Of a DNA stretch of 64,000 nt, positions 14,411 through 28,600 are shown piece by piece. Numbering within the stretch: the first letter of the stretch is position 1; every line of letters starts with the position of its first letter. The notes under the pieces were generated by a model, which was not told where the DNA came from, made no database searches, and worked only from the letters and a program-made list of their open reading frames with translations. Source of the DNA: Tubulanus polymorphus (lineage: Eukaryota; Animalia; Nemertea); NCBI RefSeq assembly GCF_964204645.1, contig NC_134025.1, forward strand, positions 19,443,101-19,507,100. The letters run 5' to 3'. Position numbers and translations under genes: made by a program.

Positions 14411-17400
14411 TTAGGCCAGCCATATGCTGAGCCTATTACTATACAAATGGAGCAAATTTAATTGACCAGATGATTTCCAGATGAAAGGCTTTTTCACTGT
14501 GCAACCTGGGCACATATTCATGATACAAATCGTGCGTTCAAGCGTGCCAAATTTTGAAAAAGGGCCTCGTTAAAGTTTGCGGCAGGTTTTTCACGAAAAT
14601 CTGAACGCAAAACTGTAAGTTTTAAAAAAGCCAATCAGAAAGTATTGTCTCCTCTATGATTTGCTCAGCCGCAGAAGTCATCAGGTGTTCACGTGATTCC
14701 CCGGTGTCGTCAACTGTTTTATTTCCGGGTTTGATTTAGGATTTAAATTGTATTTCAAGATCGATTCCTGTGCTACCATTAGTCAATTTGGTTTTTGAGA
14801 GGAAGTTTTATTTGCATTTGTGAATATTCATCCTTGACAATTGTTTGGGAAAAATAGCTTTTCAGTTTACCTTGGTCAGCGATATGAAGTTGGCGTTGAG
14901 CCAATTCATGTAAAATCGCGGTACGTTTTTTTATGTGAGCATTTGTTTCATTGGTTCTCGGCTTAAACGACGTATAATCGATGCGATTGAAGACATGGCG
15001 AACCTCCGTCGATGACATGGTCAACATTGTTAAAATTCTACGAAAAACTGTTTTTGGCGGGAAAATTCTTAGCTCTCGCATATAAAATTGCAATGACCTA
15101 GTTTGGGGGGCGTTGTCTCTACGAGCGAATGTGATTGGCTGTTCTTGGGATTTAAGGGGAATTCCGGCGCTACTAGAATAATTATGGGAAAGCCAATGGC
15201 AAACGTTTTATTGATGGGTTCGTCTGACGAACCCATCTATGGCATCGTCGTCATGTCTGTCTGTCTGTCCGTCTGTGGATGTTTCTTTATGACACGATTT
15301 AAGCTGTTTGTGTGGACCGACAATTCTGTAATTTCACACAGGTATTCTCTACTTGATGTAGATGGTGCAGCTTGGTTTATATTTGATTCCGATGGTTATA
15401 AGTGCTCTAATTTGGTTAAAAGATAATTAACGTTACTGGCTAGTTCAAGCCGCTGTATAGCGCGTTGCTACGACGACGCTCGATCAACATACTGGTACTC
15501 GCTGTGTAATACTGAACACGTATATACCTGTAGATATTGATCGTACTAGCACCGGTTTTAGATAGCGCGCGCGCGCTGATCGGTCTTAACACTTCTCGGA
15601 ACTGCTGTGCTAAATGCTGAGAGGCCGAATCTATGTGCAATCATTTATTGGGCTCGTCACATTTGATAGTGAATGGATAAATAACCGGTGTCAATGACGG
15701 TCGCTACTCCCCATCAGTATAACTCATCAGTATAAAAAATAATTCTTTTGAGTTTTTTTTTTCAATCCCCGAAGTTGTTGTTACTATGTTGACCTCGCCC
15801 GTTTTATAAGCTTACCGATGATTCTTCTAGTATTTTCAGGGTCACAAGACATGACGAAGTCGCAAAGTTTTGTACAAATTTCACGAAACAAACAATTATT
15901 TAGGCGGCACCTGATCTATTGATTAATTATGATAAATAATGTTTATTTCATTAAAAATTTGTTTTATTCAAACACTACTTTCATCGCACATAGCGTGATC
16001 GGTAGGCCCTACTATTCTACAGTAGGCCATGGACTCTTTCATGTGGTAGACCTATTACAAATGATACAATCCGCGCGTCCGTGAATAAGTGACACGTGGT
16101 GGGGCGGGTTGTGAGGAGCATCGAAACTAATCCGTCACAAATAATAGATAGAAAACAATACCTTAAGAGGTTAACTTTTATTAACATCATTACCAAATCA
16201 AAACCTGCACATCCTATCATAAATAGAAATTCTAAGAATTTATTTCAAAGAATAATAAATTACGTCTAAATATTGGGATTCGAACTCGTAGCATCGATTC
16301 AGGTGCCTTTCCCAAAGCGGGTATCCCGCGGGGAAAACCCATTACTATTTATATCGAGAATCGCCTTTTTGACAGCGAGTTCGGTGAATGAAACAGAAAC
16401 AATTACACAGGAACCCATCATGGAAAGTTTCTTTCTGGTTGGACTAGGTGCCGTATGTGTGCAAATTTCAAATGCTCATTGCTGGTGAGAATGTAATTAT
16501 TATCCGCCATAGGTATTGTTTCATTTTAATACCCGGTGATTGATTTGATTGACATTGAAGTGTAAGCGAACATTCACTTACACAAGGCCTCCACGTGCGC
16601 GTGGAAATCATTAGATTAGACTGTTGCACACACAAACACACGCGCGCACAGAATACACTACTATAGTGATACTGTAACGCTGCTTGCTGGCTTATTTGAC
16701 ATTTAATCAGCAGAAGATGAGCGCTGTGTTTTCTGATGATAGAATTTGTAATAAATTGTAATTTCTTGTGACCTGAAAATACTAAGCAAACTATAAGCTT
16801 AGGTATAGGTCGAGGTCTGAATAATGTAGTGGTAAATTCCAGGATTTAAAACGATCTAATACGCCGATTTCTTACTGCACTGGTATTTTAGCTTCCGCGA
16901 CCATACATTCAGCCACCCTCTGATATGTGACATCATTTGAATTTTATTTGAATATTTTTTCATATTATGAAAAATATTTCTTTGAAAATATAAAATAGTT
17001 TCCATGCCGCGCCTACCTGTACCCTGCAAAATTTTTGATGTGGACCGTAAACAAATGTATATCTTTGGTCTTTTGACTACAAAATAATCCTTTAAGAAAG
17101 ATAAAATAGAATATTTAAACTTGTAGAACTTTGGAGTCACGTATTAAAAAGATTTTTCAAGCAATGCCCGTACCCCAAACAACCTCTAGCTTTCAAGGTA
17201 AACCACATTTTGCCCATGGGCAATTCATTTTCAGATGGGATAGATAACATTGATATGCAAATTAGCCATGTGCACGAATTGCAAATTCAATAAAACTTTA
17301 TTCCACAAAATATGTCAAATCCAAGTCAATTTTACTTTATTGAGCAAAAAATTCAAATTCATCGAATTCCATTTTATTTTATTCTACATTCAAATTTCAT

Positions 17401-17590
17401 CCAAATTTATTCTTCGGTAAAGATTGACCTGAGGTTTTCATTTGTGCCAGCCCCAGTGTCTCTGTTAGTACTGTAACTTATAAAACACGTCAATTTTCTA
17501 TTGATCAAGGGAGAGTTTTTTGAAAAATATTACCCACAGATTGTGCATCATTTGATTTGTGAAAAGCGAATATGAAAAGGCCAGTGCCCC
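14411..17590 (+). repeat. Dispersed composite repeat, copy B (modules also at 5461-5960, 11220-11370 and 61640-62410)
   Basis: Shared blocks such as GCCTATTACTATACAAATGGAGC, AGCCAATCAGA..TCTCCTCTATGATT and TTGATATGCTAATTAGCCATG. Confidence 0.75.
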
Positions 17591-18924
17591 TTCTGGGTCA
17601 TCATCATCATCAATTGACAGATCTCTGGATGACTTTTCAGCCTATCTTTACTAGACAGTCTCTGACAGTTGTAAAGCAAAGGATTATCTATCTGGGTTAT
17701 TGTCAATGTTTATAGAACAGACTCAGCCAGTCTTATGAAAAACGATCTTTGTCATTCAAACCTACCAGGACAGGAGAACCTAGTTTCTTTTTAAATCCAA
17801 AAATTATTCACTGTATAATACTTATATGAGACTAGGGTTGGTGAGAGTTTTTCAGAGACTAACCATAGAAGGTTAAGTGGACAGAACCAAGAAATGATAT
17901 TTTGCTTATTTTCTTTATCTAAGACATTTGAAATTCAAAATTTCAAACAAATACAGTATAAAATGGCATATAATCTCCAGGGTCACATTCCCAATCATTT
18001 TGTGAATGGCTGGGAATGTCATCAAACCTAAACCATGAATAGACCAAAGAACACTGTGCTATATTGACTGGTTCATTATATTGTACAACGCGTCATTATG
18101 TGTGCTTGAGGTGTTAAGAAGAAAAGCCGACTGTAAGCAATCTGATGCGGGATACTCGCTGTGGTGTGATGCATTGATCTGTGCATGTATATGAAAAACG
18201 CGCCTTGTGTGGCCTAGTTGAAGTTTTCTTGGAAACTGCAAATGATTCAACTGCCGAACTTCGGTTATCGGAGTTAGTCGACTGTAGTCGAACTAAATGA
18301 AACCTTTCGGTTAGTTGGAACTATGGTCCAGAAATGGTCGATCACGGGAGTGAGCACGGTCGCTGTAGTTCCAACCCATTTCGAAGATGGCAGACATTTT
18401 GAGATACGTTACGACCAAACTATAGTGCGTTCGGTTATTTGTTCCGACCACTAGTTGACTAGCTACGAAAACCAAAGTTGGCCCTGGGTTTGTCGCAGCT
18501 GGCCGTGAAAAGCAGTGAATTGGGAAAGAGGGAAGTGAATCTTGGAAATTGTTAACTTTACAAAAATAAGTTGTCTAACAAACTTCGCACACAATGTATG
18601 GAAATCATCACACCATGAACGTGCATGTTTATTGGAGGAAAATATCATTGCTAAGTACGCCAAGAACAACCATGTTGTATCATCAATCAGTTGACTGACA
18701 GTTTATTGTAAAATTCCATCGGTTTGGCCATATTCAAAGATGCGTTTTCGCTTTAAGACGCCCTGCCCACCTAATGCGCACTCACGAGGCAGTAGAAAAA
18801 TAACTTTTATTATCTTTCTCATGCGTTGAACACCACAACAGTGATTAAATTTACACATTTGTCGTAAATTGCAATATTGTGATAGTTATTTGCTGCTGCT
18901 GTAGTTTTTTGGAATTGAATCAAG

Positions 18925-19120
18925 CGGCCTGGGTAGCTCAGTGAGATAAGGCGTGATGCTGTTGAATCCACTATCAGTGCTGAGTGACAAGTGGGTTCGA
19001 GTCCTGCTGGCTTCGTACAGTGTGCGGGCAACACTTCAACACCGTCCCGTCGTGAGGTTAAATGATCAACCAATAGGGTTAGTTTTGGGAAACCAAATGA
19101 CGTAAAGCCAAACAAATAAT
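18925..19120 (+). mobile_element. tRNA-derived SINE
   Basis: A box TAGCTCAGTGAG, B box GGTTCGAGTCC, no clean cloverleaf, tail ACGTAAAGCCAAACAAATAAT. Confidence 0.7.
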
Positions 19121-19977
19121 CATCAGCTGGCCTCCCTCAGTGACACCAACGCCGGCATCGCTCTCTGTGCGATGTTTTGCATGCGTGCGTTTGACCGGTT
19201 GATCTACGTATACATCAGAGGATCTTGTATTCGGAGAAATTGTTCTGTTTTTGTTTCATTATTCAGTAGGGCCTATAGTTCATCCACAGTCAGTCGAGAT
19301 TACCCTTTACATAGTTGATATGAATCTTATGTAGGCAAAAGTGCCGAGATTGTCGTATTAAATGGGTTTTGTATCCAAATCTTGATTGATATAAATATCT
19401 TAGCTGAGACATGATGGAAAACATCAGAATAAACTAGTTTCATCTTTTTAACAGAATCGCATTAATGAGGTTTAACAATACAGATAAATGAAAATGGACC
19501 TTAAGAACACAAATTGACCTTAAGTCTGTGGTCCTCCCAATCAAAATCGTCTTAGAACATTTGCTAGCAGATGTATTACACTTAATACCTTACCACGGCA
19601 TAATCTACCAATGCTTCAAGGGCCTCTTGTTTTCTTGATATTTTCCGTCCTTATTTACAATCTTATTGTCTGTAAAAAGTCAGTCTTCTCCCATTAGTTG
19701 AATTCAATCCAATAGTTTTCACTATCTTTCATTTGTTCTGCAATCTCTAACCTAGACTGTCAATGCTATTGATGCTGATTATACACTCATGTAAATTTAA
19801 GTCCATATTAAGAATTTTGTTTCTTGTTTTTTTTTTTTTTGGCTTTAGGGAGTGAGGCGGGCGGCTTTGCAATTTGATGAGAAACAAGTTATCAACTCTG
19901 AAGGGCCATAGTAATACTAATAGTATGACATTCATCATTACAAATGTACTTCAATTTTTTTGTTTCATTCATTGCAG

Positions 19978-20096
19978 GAGTGGAATTTCTAATGCCATGC
20001 AGTGCATTCTACTGTTCACTTTGTGATGAATTTAGTGGAGATGCAGCCTGTGCTGAGGACCATATAAAACAAAAATCACATAACGAAAAATATTTG
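19978..20096 (+). CDS. ZNF318: ZNF318-like protein, second matrin-type zinc finger exon
   Basis: ttgcAG|...TTG|GTaag; (G)VEFLMPCSAFYCSLCDEFSGDAACAEDHIKQKSHNEKYL, cf. ZNF318 GSEFLVPISGFYCQLCEEFLGDPISGEQHVKGHQHNEKY. Confidence 0.88.
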
Positions 20097-20175
20097 GTAA
20101 GCCACTTCGATTTTGATCAACAACAGTGTTTTCCGAGTTCAGCTATTTTCTTAATATTTACCCTTTCATTTACAG

Positions 20176-22344
20176 GAATTTTTGACAAAGCAACCATTTT
20201 ATGAACGGACCCTGAACTTAGATAAATGGGCTGCCCTTGGACAGCAGCAACAAATTGATGATGTACCTGTCGATCAAAAACAAGTATATGTTTCAACGAA
20301 GAAAAATTGCAAGGATTCAAAACCCATGCGGCAATTGGAAGAAAGTCCAGCTAGAAAAAGTAAAGACGAGCGTTTTGAACAACCGATGGAAAAGACTAGA
20401 AGAAAATATGATGACGAAAGACGCGGGCGAAATAAAGACTATCGAGGAGATAGTGAAGATAGATACAAGGAAAGAGAACGCTCATCAAGTCGAGTGAAAG
20501 ATGAACCTAAAAATGACGATAACAATAAAGAAACATCAAAGGGATTGAAACTCTCGATGAAACTTCATAGTGCAGCGAAGGAGATCCAGGGTCGTAAAGA
20601 TGAAATTCACAGAGCATTTAATCTTGAAGAAGATGATCAGGATGAAGATGCTGCTAAAGAAGAGGAAAAGGAGATAAGGACTGTGTCAATTAAACCCAAG
20701 ACTGGAGTCAAGTTGGGGAAAGGACCACTTGAAGAATTAAGAGATAAAACTCATACGTCAGGTTTTCGCCCACTTGTTGTTCCAAAGAAGATGGAAAAAC
20801 CTGCTTCTTTGAGTAGAGCTAAAAAAGAAGTCAAAGAAAAAATCATTTCTACATCTAAGAGTTCCTCACAAAAACCGATGCCAGCTTTTGTCGGAAAACA
20901 CCTGTCTATGTCGTTGAAAAGAAAAACTAGAGCTGACATAGAAGCAGAACGTAAGAGATTGAAAGAAGAGACTGAAAATAAGATACAATTTGGTCCAGCT
21001 CCAAAACCTGAAGGTACTGATGATGAGACGCAGACCATAACAGTAACGGCTAAAATGACATATGATATGTTTGGTGAAAGTGACGTACCAGAATCTGCAA
21101 AAGAAGAAACTGAAGTAAGGACAATAAGAATCGATAAGAAACCAGAAGAACCGAAGAAAAAAGAATTTATGACAGAAACATCATCTACGAAACCTAAAGA
21201 ACCAAAGAAAAAGGAATCTACAACAGAAACATTGTCCGTACAATCATCAAGCACTGGTTTGGATTCGTCACATGATGATGATAAACAAATTCCGTATTCA
21301 TATTTCACCTTAAGGCCCACGAAGCCTGTTAGAGAGAAGAAGAAGAAAGCTGCTGAAATTCCGTTGCCAGTAATTTCCGGAAATCTAATACAAATGTCAT
21401 GCACTGATACATCAGGTAGTGGAGTTGTTACAACAGCTGCTGTGTCTGTGTACTCGGGACAACAACAGAACTATTCAACGTCGAATACTATTGCATCATC
21501 TGGTTATCATGTCACCAGCACGTATAACCAAACACCAGTAAACACTACATCTGTGACTCCATTGCAGTACACTTCATCTGATTTGTCAGCAACACAAGCA
21601 GCATTAGCTTTTTCTGCCTCACAGTATGCCACAGGAGGTACTCAGTATCCTACCCAACAGTATGGCACTTATAAGAACAATAACTATTCAACTCCTAACT
21701 TCCCACCACCTCCCCCATTCCCGATGCCACCTTTTCCACCAAATTTTTCACAAGCGCCTGCTCAATTTCAACCGTACCAACAACAAAATTACCAAGGAGG
21801 TTACAATAATTACCAAGGCTCTATGCCATATGGTCAGCCAGCTCCTCGAGGTCCTATACGACTACACGGTCCACATCACACTGGAACTGACTACTCGCAT
21901 GTGCAGAAACATCGCATGAAATTCCAGGGGTCACAGCGCTTTAACAAACCAGTAGCTTTGATCCAAAAAAATGCAACGCCCCAAAAAACTAATAGTAATA
22001 TTGTCACTATAAATACAACTGAGGTGGAAGAAGAGGGAACCCCTGATGAAGACTTGTTGCCGCCTGGTGTTGAAGAAGACACTAGTAGTTATATGTCTCG
22101 TAGCAAGCCAGTAAAACCAGTAAAACCTGGTAAAATAGCACTGAAATTAAGACCTAAAAATGCACAACCATGTCAGGATATATCTGTCAAAACCAGTGCG
22201 TCTGATTATCAGCTGAAAAGTTTAGCACCAGTACTTTCAGAAAAGTTAACTGATAGTTCGAGTCAGTTTAACACAAAGGAAGAGAAGATGGAAATTGAAT
22301 CTAGTGGCAGAGAGGAGGAACCAAGAATTCCTGGAGTTGATTAG
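20176..22344 (+). CDS. ZNF318: ZNF318-like protein, long terminal coding exon (low-complexity K/E/R-rich, S/T-rich and P/Q/Y-rich regions)
   Basis: ttacAG|GAA acceptor, phase 0; starts EFLTKQPFYERTLNLDKWAAL (cf. ENPLYEERRNLDRQAGL); 720-aa ORF in the track ends at TAG 22342-22344. Confidence 0.88.
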   Translation, partial: EFLTKQPFYERTLNLDKWAALGQQQQIDDVPVDQKQVYVSTKKNCKDSKPMRQLEESPARKSKDERFEQPMEKTRRKYDDERRGRNKDYRGDSEDRYKERERSSSRVKDEPKNDDNNKETSKGLKLSMKLHSAAKEIQGRKDEIHRAFNLEEDDQDEDAAKEEEKEIRTVSIKPKTGVKLGKGPLEELRDKTHTSGFRPLVVPKKMEKPASLSRAKKEVKEKIISTSKSSSQKPMPAFVGKHLSMSLKRKTRADIEAERKRLKEETENKIQFGPAPKPEGTDDETQTITVTAKMTYDMFGESDVPESAKEETEVRTIRIDKKPEEPKKKEFMTETSSTKPKEPKKKESTTETLSVQSSSTGLDSSHDDDKQIPYSYFTLRPTKPVREKKKKAAEIPLPVISGNLIQMSCTDTSGSGVVTTAAVSVYSGQQQNYSTSNTIASSGYHVTSTYNQTPVNTTSVTPLQYTSSDLSATQAALAFSASQYATGGTQYPTQQYGTYKNNNYSTPNFPPPPPFPMPPFPPNFSQAPAQFQPYQQQNYQGGYNNYQGSMPYGQPAPRGPIRLHGPHHTGTDYSHVQKHRMKFQGSQRFNKPVALIQKNATPQKTNSNIVTINTTEVEEEGTPDEDLLPPGVEEDTSSYMSRSKPVKPVKPGKIALKLRPKNAQPCQDISVKTSASDYQLKSLAPVLSEKLTDSSSQFNTKEEKMEIESSGREEEPRIPGVD

Positions 22345-25300
22345 TTGGCTACTTAATCAGGTAGATAATAACTTTTAAAATCATATCATTTTCCAATTTA
22401 TTTTGTTTCATTCAGATTAGCTGTTGAGTTAAGCAAAGTAAAATGAGCAACCTTCAGATAGTCTATGGGATTTTACTAAAAACCATTACTGTCGGGGGAT
22501 CATATCCAGGAAGAAAGCCACTAAATATTTGGATGGATATATGAAAGCTGTGGGTACTGGAGTGTGTAATGGGTAGTGTAGTGTGATCTGTGTGCATTTG
22601 TGGCCAGCACACAGATCACATTGTTCATTGGGGTTTGGTCCAGGATTCGCGAGATTTTCAACAACACGGAAGTAACGTGTAATAAATGATGACTTGAATT
22701 GCATGACTACCTACCACCCCTCATTATTGTTGGAAAACTTAACATTCCGCACTGACTAAAAATTAGTAATAACATTTTAGAAATGGCCAGAATTTTAACT
22801 TAGGTTCTATCTCATTTTTATTTTACAATTGCGATTGGTATAATTTTTTTTTAACGGCCGTTAAGGCTTCATGTTTCGTCTGCTATTCACTGCAAATAGT
22901 TATGCAACTACACACATTTCAGTGTTTTTGGCAGCTGTACACTCGATCGGCACCGTTCGTGACTAGCTTCACTGCGGAATTATCATTAATTAACATCGCC
23001 ATATCACATCATCAACTTATATTGTGCCTTAAAACCCTAACAGCCGAAATAATTTAAATGCACACACGATTTCTATCATTTAAAATTGAGAGAGTGGCCA
23101 TGTTTGTATTCTGCTGCTTCGCGTATATACCGCGCGGTGGCGCAGCCGCCCGGAGTGAGGCCGATACATCCAGTGAAATCTTAGTCTTATGTATATGCAC
23201 AACCTTTCTGAACTTGCAATCAGAACCAAAATGCAAGTTTAAATGTGATGATCTATGTCTATCCTGCTTTATGGTAAATCAGTAATCACCCTCTCAATGA
23301 CAATTGAATTGAGAGTCTAGACTGGTTTTGAATAATGGTCATGGGAAATATGCCTGAGGTGAAATCCTGGGAACATTTTTAAGCCTGGATGATGAAAAGG
23401 TGAAAGGTTTCAAACTTCTGAAGTGTGGTTTGAGGAGGCAGATTGATACCTACTTAAGAAAGTTCTAATACAACACCATCAAATTACTGTTATTGTTTAT
23501 GTTAGCAGGTGCGCGTTTCAGACGTCATTTCTGACAAAAGCTTGCAGCTTCCAGTCATTTCACTGGACATTTCATGCAGTATTATATCGTTTTGGGAGTG
23601 TATACAGTTGCTACCGTTGTATATGGCATGATATATAAGGGAGTAGCGATGTAGGTCTGTGAATATGGTGAACAAATGATGTTTATTTTATAGATAATAC
23701 ATAGCTACACATACTAGCGCATAATTGGACTCTAGATCCGTCCCTGTATAGCGCCACCGCGGGTTGTATGTGAACTATACGCACAGAGTGAAGGATAAAT
23801 AAATGACTAATTTACGGCTTATTCGAGTTGCCTTTTTCGATAAGTCAGGTCTAATGTTATTGTTACACATGTACATGTAATAAGTCTGATACAGGCGATC
23901 AGCGATCATAATAACCGTATTGATTTACTAAGGAAATGAAACCTAAGACAAAAAATTTCATCGTTTAAACAAATTTTTCATATCATTATGTTCATCTTAA
24001 ACTGATTATTTACTAGTAATTTGTACTAACTTGGCTGGAACATACAAAAGTCATCATTATATTGCGAGTTTCCTAATTGGTCGGCTCATGTTAACGAGGT
24101 TTCACTGTATTAAAGCCCTTTCACATGAAGCAACTCTTTATATGGCCCATTTGATCATCAAAAATCCGGAAACCATGGGGTATTCGAAGATGATGGGTAA
24201 GTCCTGCATCAGTGCAGTTATTGACTTGACATATTACCTAGTGTGACCAGGGCTAACATAATGAGGCTGTAACCGTGAATGAGATGTATACAGTTCAGTG
24301 TGTGGGTATGTTAGGGTGTGAAGACATTTATTTCTAGGTTTTCACCAGGTGATATCTGCCAAAACATAGTGCTCAATACATACAATGTATGGAACTGCTG
24401 CGGCAAGTACGGTTGAAGAACAAAAAGAGTCTTCGAGTGATATGATATATCTGGAATTCTTCTTACTGAACAAAACTAAATTGATATTGTACAATACGAT
24501 CTATCTGGCTCTCATAAGGTTTTCTATAATTTTTTTAGCGATGATTGGTCCTTGAAAAATTCATTTCTACAACAGTGGAAAGTTACTAGACTTCTGGAGG
24601 GAAAGTAGCTGCTGAAAATGCCATCATCAGCCCATGTGGCTGTACATACAGATGTATATGTATATATAAATAACATATATATATATATGTTATCAGTTGT
24701 CATTGAAATGAAATATTGCATTTACGATACTACTTCATGTTTGTTATATCTAATTATGATGTATGAACAATTTTTGTACATAATTGTATAGTATTAGTGT
24801 ACTGTATATGTATAATATTCTTGGCAATGCTTCATTCAAATGATAGTCAAAACATACTTTGCGAATATGTATTAGGCAATAAGTGATGAGGTGAGTAGCA
24901 CCTTGAATTTTTTTTTCCAATTTACCATTTTAAGTGCTTTCCTATTATGTATATAGTCATTGAACACTGACATGACCCGTTATTGTTTTTAAACTGTGTG
25001 AGATATGTTTTCTGATTCTTAGGTACAAGTGAAAATCTTGTGGAAGAGAAAATCCCATTAGCTTGCTTTCAGTATGTCCAGTAGCATTTGGACTGTGCGA
25101 TATGGTATTGGATTATATCATCGACAATTGTGCTTAATGTTTTAATGACCAATTACATGGATTTTAATAACGGATGTTCTCATCTCAAGCATTGTGATTC
25201 AGATCAGGATATACTGTGCATGAAAATTCTTGTTAATCTTCCCTTATATAATTGATAGAATTGCTTATGTGGCAGCTGATTTGTGTAATGTAAGACTATT

Positions 25301-25456
25301 TTCAGATTTGATCTGGTTGGTTAATTAATGATTATGTTAACCGGTGTGATTTGAAAGGAAATAAATCCTGTATATTGTATATATGTATATTGAAAAAGAT
25401 TCCATGACATTGGTTATTTTTGAAAAAAAAAGGATGTGACTCAGGAGCGGCATAAG

Positions 25457-25613
25457 GGGTCATTCATTTATTCCGTACGCATTAGGGGGAGGGAGGGGTC
25501 AGTGCAATTGTGTACTGTATTGCTGAATGTATATGAAAAAAATGGCCGATTTTGCGTTAAGGGGGGAGGCGTGTTGAAAAATTTTATGTGTACGTAATAG
25601 ATGAATGATCTCT
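25457..25613. mobile_element. Short MITE
   Basis: GGGGTCATTCATTTATTCCGTAC / GTACGTAATAGATGAATGATCTC imperfect TIR flanked by TAA. Confidence 0.55.
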
Positions 25614-28600
25614 AATGTCGCAGTAGGAATGTTTGAAATCTAGATTTTAAATAGGTATTACATGTGAATGAATTTCTTCTTGGAGGCATCAGTCCAAAAG
25701 GTCACTTCAAAGCCAAAATCCATCAGTGTTTTCTGTTGAACTGAAATTCCTCTTACTGGTGAAATGCTCTTTCGTCACTATTATAAAACCGGCGCATACG
25801 TAGCAAAAGTATGCCATGCCCAGTAGATGGCAAATCAAGTTTCACTTTTCTCAGACAATACATAAGATTCAGTAAACCATGTATAAGTCGGATCAGTGTA
25901 AATTGATTTAGGTCACATTATTATGGACCGATGACTAAATTGTAGTAGATCTTCCAGTCCCAAAAAATCAGACTTGCACAATCATGGATTACTGTATTAT
26001 TCAAAAAGGTTAAGTGACCAGCTACTGTACAAGCATCACCAAAAGGCCTGAATACACAGATACAACCACTTCCGAGGACGGAATTCTTCATGAATAGAAA
26101 TGACGAAACGATATATAGCGATTATAAAGCTATTATTGAATACTGCACATCCTTTCCCACAACAAAGTACCAGTATACCAAACTTGAGCTGTCCTTGGAT
26201 ATGTTGAATAATTTTTTGTAGACTTATTGTTTCCGGATTGAAGGGAATAAAAGCATTCTGAGAGTATTTGAACTCTAAAACTGCTAAAAGACGAGTTGAA
26301 TGTTGTTAATTTCTTATTTTCTGACATGAGAACACTTAGATTTAGCATCTCCAACTCAAAATTAAGCTGCTGCGACCAGTTATTTGTGACTTGTTGACTT
26401 AATGGGTCAGAATGGCAGAATTGAAAAATGAGCCAAGTGAAAATCAGAGGCCTTTCTTTAAAGCCGCCATATTTAGTCATCCATGAAAAGAATTTAATAA
26501 ACAATAGCTCACTTATACACCAAGTAAGCACGGCTCCTTTAAGAATCTTTTCATCATGAAAAATTACTATCTTGCCTTCAATCTGGAATGAATAAGTCCA
26601 TTGAACCTAGGGTCAGTTTAAGTTCGGTACCAGTAAACTTTTTTGTGGGAAAGGCTATATACAAAATAGTAATAGCATATACAATATGACTGAAATAACG
26701 CCAATAAAAGGATTGAGCCCTCTCATCGGACTGATTCATTGCAAACGTGTCAATCCGTCAAGTTCACATGGAATGATAATTTCAGATCGGTAACTGAGTT
26801 TAGAGAAGTAAACAATGTACAGTATAATTCACTTAATTCAGATCAGTTTTATTCGGATTTCGAACTAAAATTCCAGTCCCCTCAAGGTTATTTCTGTTCA
26901 AATGATAGAACATTAATCAGATTTCGTTTAATTCAGACAAAATTTTCCAGCCCCAATGATCCGGATTAAGTGAGTTCTACTGTACTTAAATATCTAGCCT
27001 ACTAACCCCTATCCATAAAACATGTACCCTTTAACTGGACAAAAGTGAAAATGTACCGGTAGTGAAATAGAATATCTAAAAATCCATAAAAATATAGATG
27101 AAATGATGAATTAGATTAAAATGATATGACAGTCATTCTTGAACTTTGTAAATTCTAGATGAAGCAAACAGACGGTTAAAACTTCAAGGGAGCGTCTCAA
27201 AATTGCAATTGTTCTTTTGATTAGAATAAGTGTCTAATTCTTTCTTACCCCCACCCACCCTTTGATTAGACACATGCCAAATTTAGAACTATTGATATTC
27301 TTATGAGAGACCACAGACAAAGTAAAGTTCTCACGAGTGTATTTTAAAATGACAACTTTTAATTGAAAATAAAATAGAAATTGTCATGCGAATAACCCAA
27401 TTAGACTTCGACAAAATAGAATAAATAAAATAAATCTTAACATACCTACATCATCTAAAAAAGACCATTAGATCTACTACACACAATATTTAATATCTGA
27501 ACTGCGATTATTTTGAGCTCCTTTCAATTGCTTACATAAACTGTGCCTACTACTTGAGAGCGGGTTCAGATCCTATAGCAGTAATCAATTACCGTACATG
27601 TAGTTCATGTTCCAATTTGTCTTCTTTTGACTACAATTTGACTGCTACATGTGGATGTAAATCAAAACAATGACTTCTAAAATGAGCTTAATTTTGAATC
27701 ATAGAAATAAATGACGGGTATAAAAATTACTGCATGTAATAACATCAAAAGTAAAGTCCATGATCTTTAAGAAAAGACAAAAAGATTGAAAGAAAAATCT
27801 AACGAGGCTGAAAAATTAATACCTTGTCCCTTTATGCTGAGTTGGCTCGGCCAGTCGCCTAAACCCAGTACATTACTTTTTTAGGGTTTTCTGACTTTCG
27901 TCGAAAACCCTCTTGAAATTCTGTTTATTATTATTATATATTTTCCGCCGATTTCGTCAAATAAAATTCATCTTCATTCAGATTCGGCAACTGACAGCTT
28001 CGAAACGAAATGTATAAATTGATACTGTAATAACGGTCTCTCTGAACCAACAGATTGTCTGAATGTACTTTCCATCCTATTTGAAACTTAAAATTACTGA
28101 TTAGGTTACTGTAAATAAAGAATTGAATTGAATTGTTAGACAACAGTATATCCACTCACCATGTAGCAACCGAGTAGCTGCCACACTGTGTGGTAACTGA
28201 CACCGAGTAGTACCTCTCTTGCCACAGGTGGCTACAATAGCACAGTTTTAGGCAAAGTAATGCTACTAGGTTCAAATCTCAGAATGTTACTACTAAACAC
28301 AATCGGTACTTTCAGATACATATATAAATTACGGGTGTGATCAGTGGCTCAAGTTTATGAAATGATTCCTTAAACCTGTTCGATTTTAATAGGTGGATTA
28401 TCTAAAAGATTTCCAAACAATCAAAAAATCAAAATAAAAATCGTTTTGCAGCCCGAAAATCAAAGCATGAAGTGCATCCGTGACTACAGTCAGAAAAATC
28501 TGAATCGAGTATCATTGTAATTTCCTATTTTGAGGTTCGGATTAAGGGAGAGTCTAATACTACCAGATGGTCCTTCAGTCATACTTTAAATCTAAATGGT

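Noticed and set aside
18925-19010. tRNA gene
   Set aside because: A and B boxes are present but there is no proper cloverleaf, and it continues into a SINE-like body and tail.
20751-21404. 217-aa minus-strand ORF
   Set aside because: Antisense shadow of the ZNF318 terminal exon.
28158-28230. Possible exon with GTGAG donor on the minus strand
   Set aside because: The sequence resembles 30769-30805 in inverted orientation, so it is more likely a repeat fragment; no frame could be supported.
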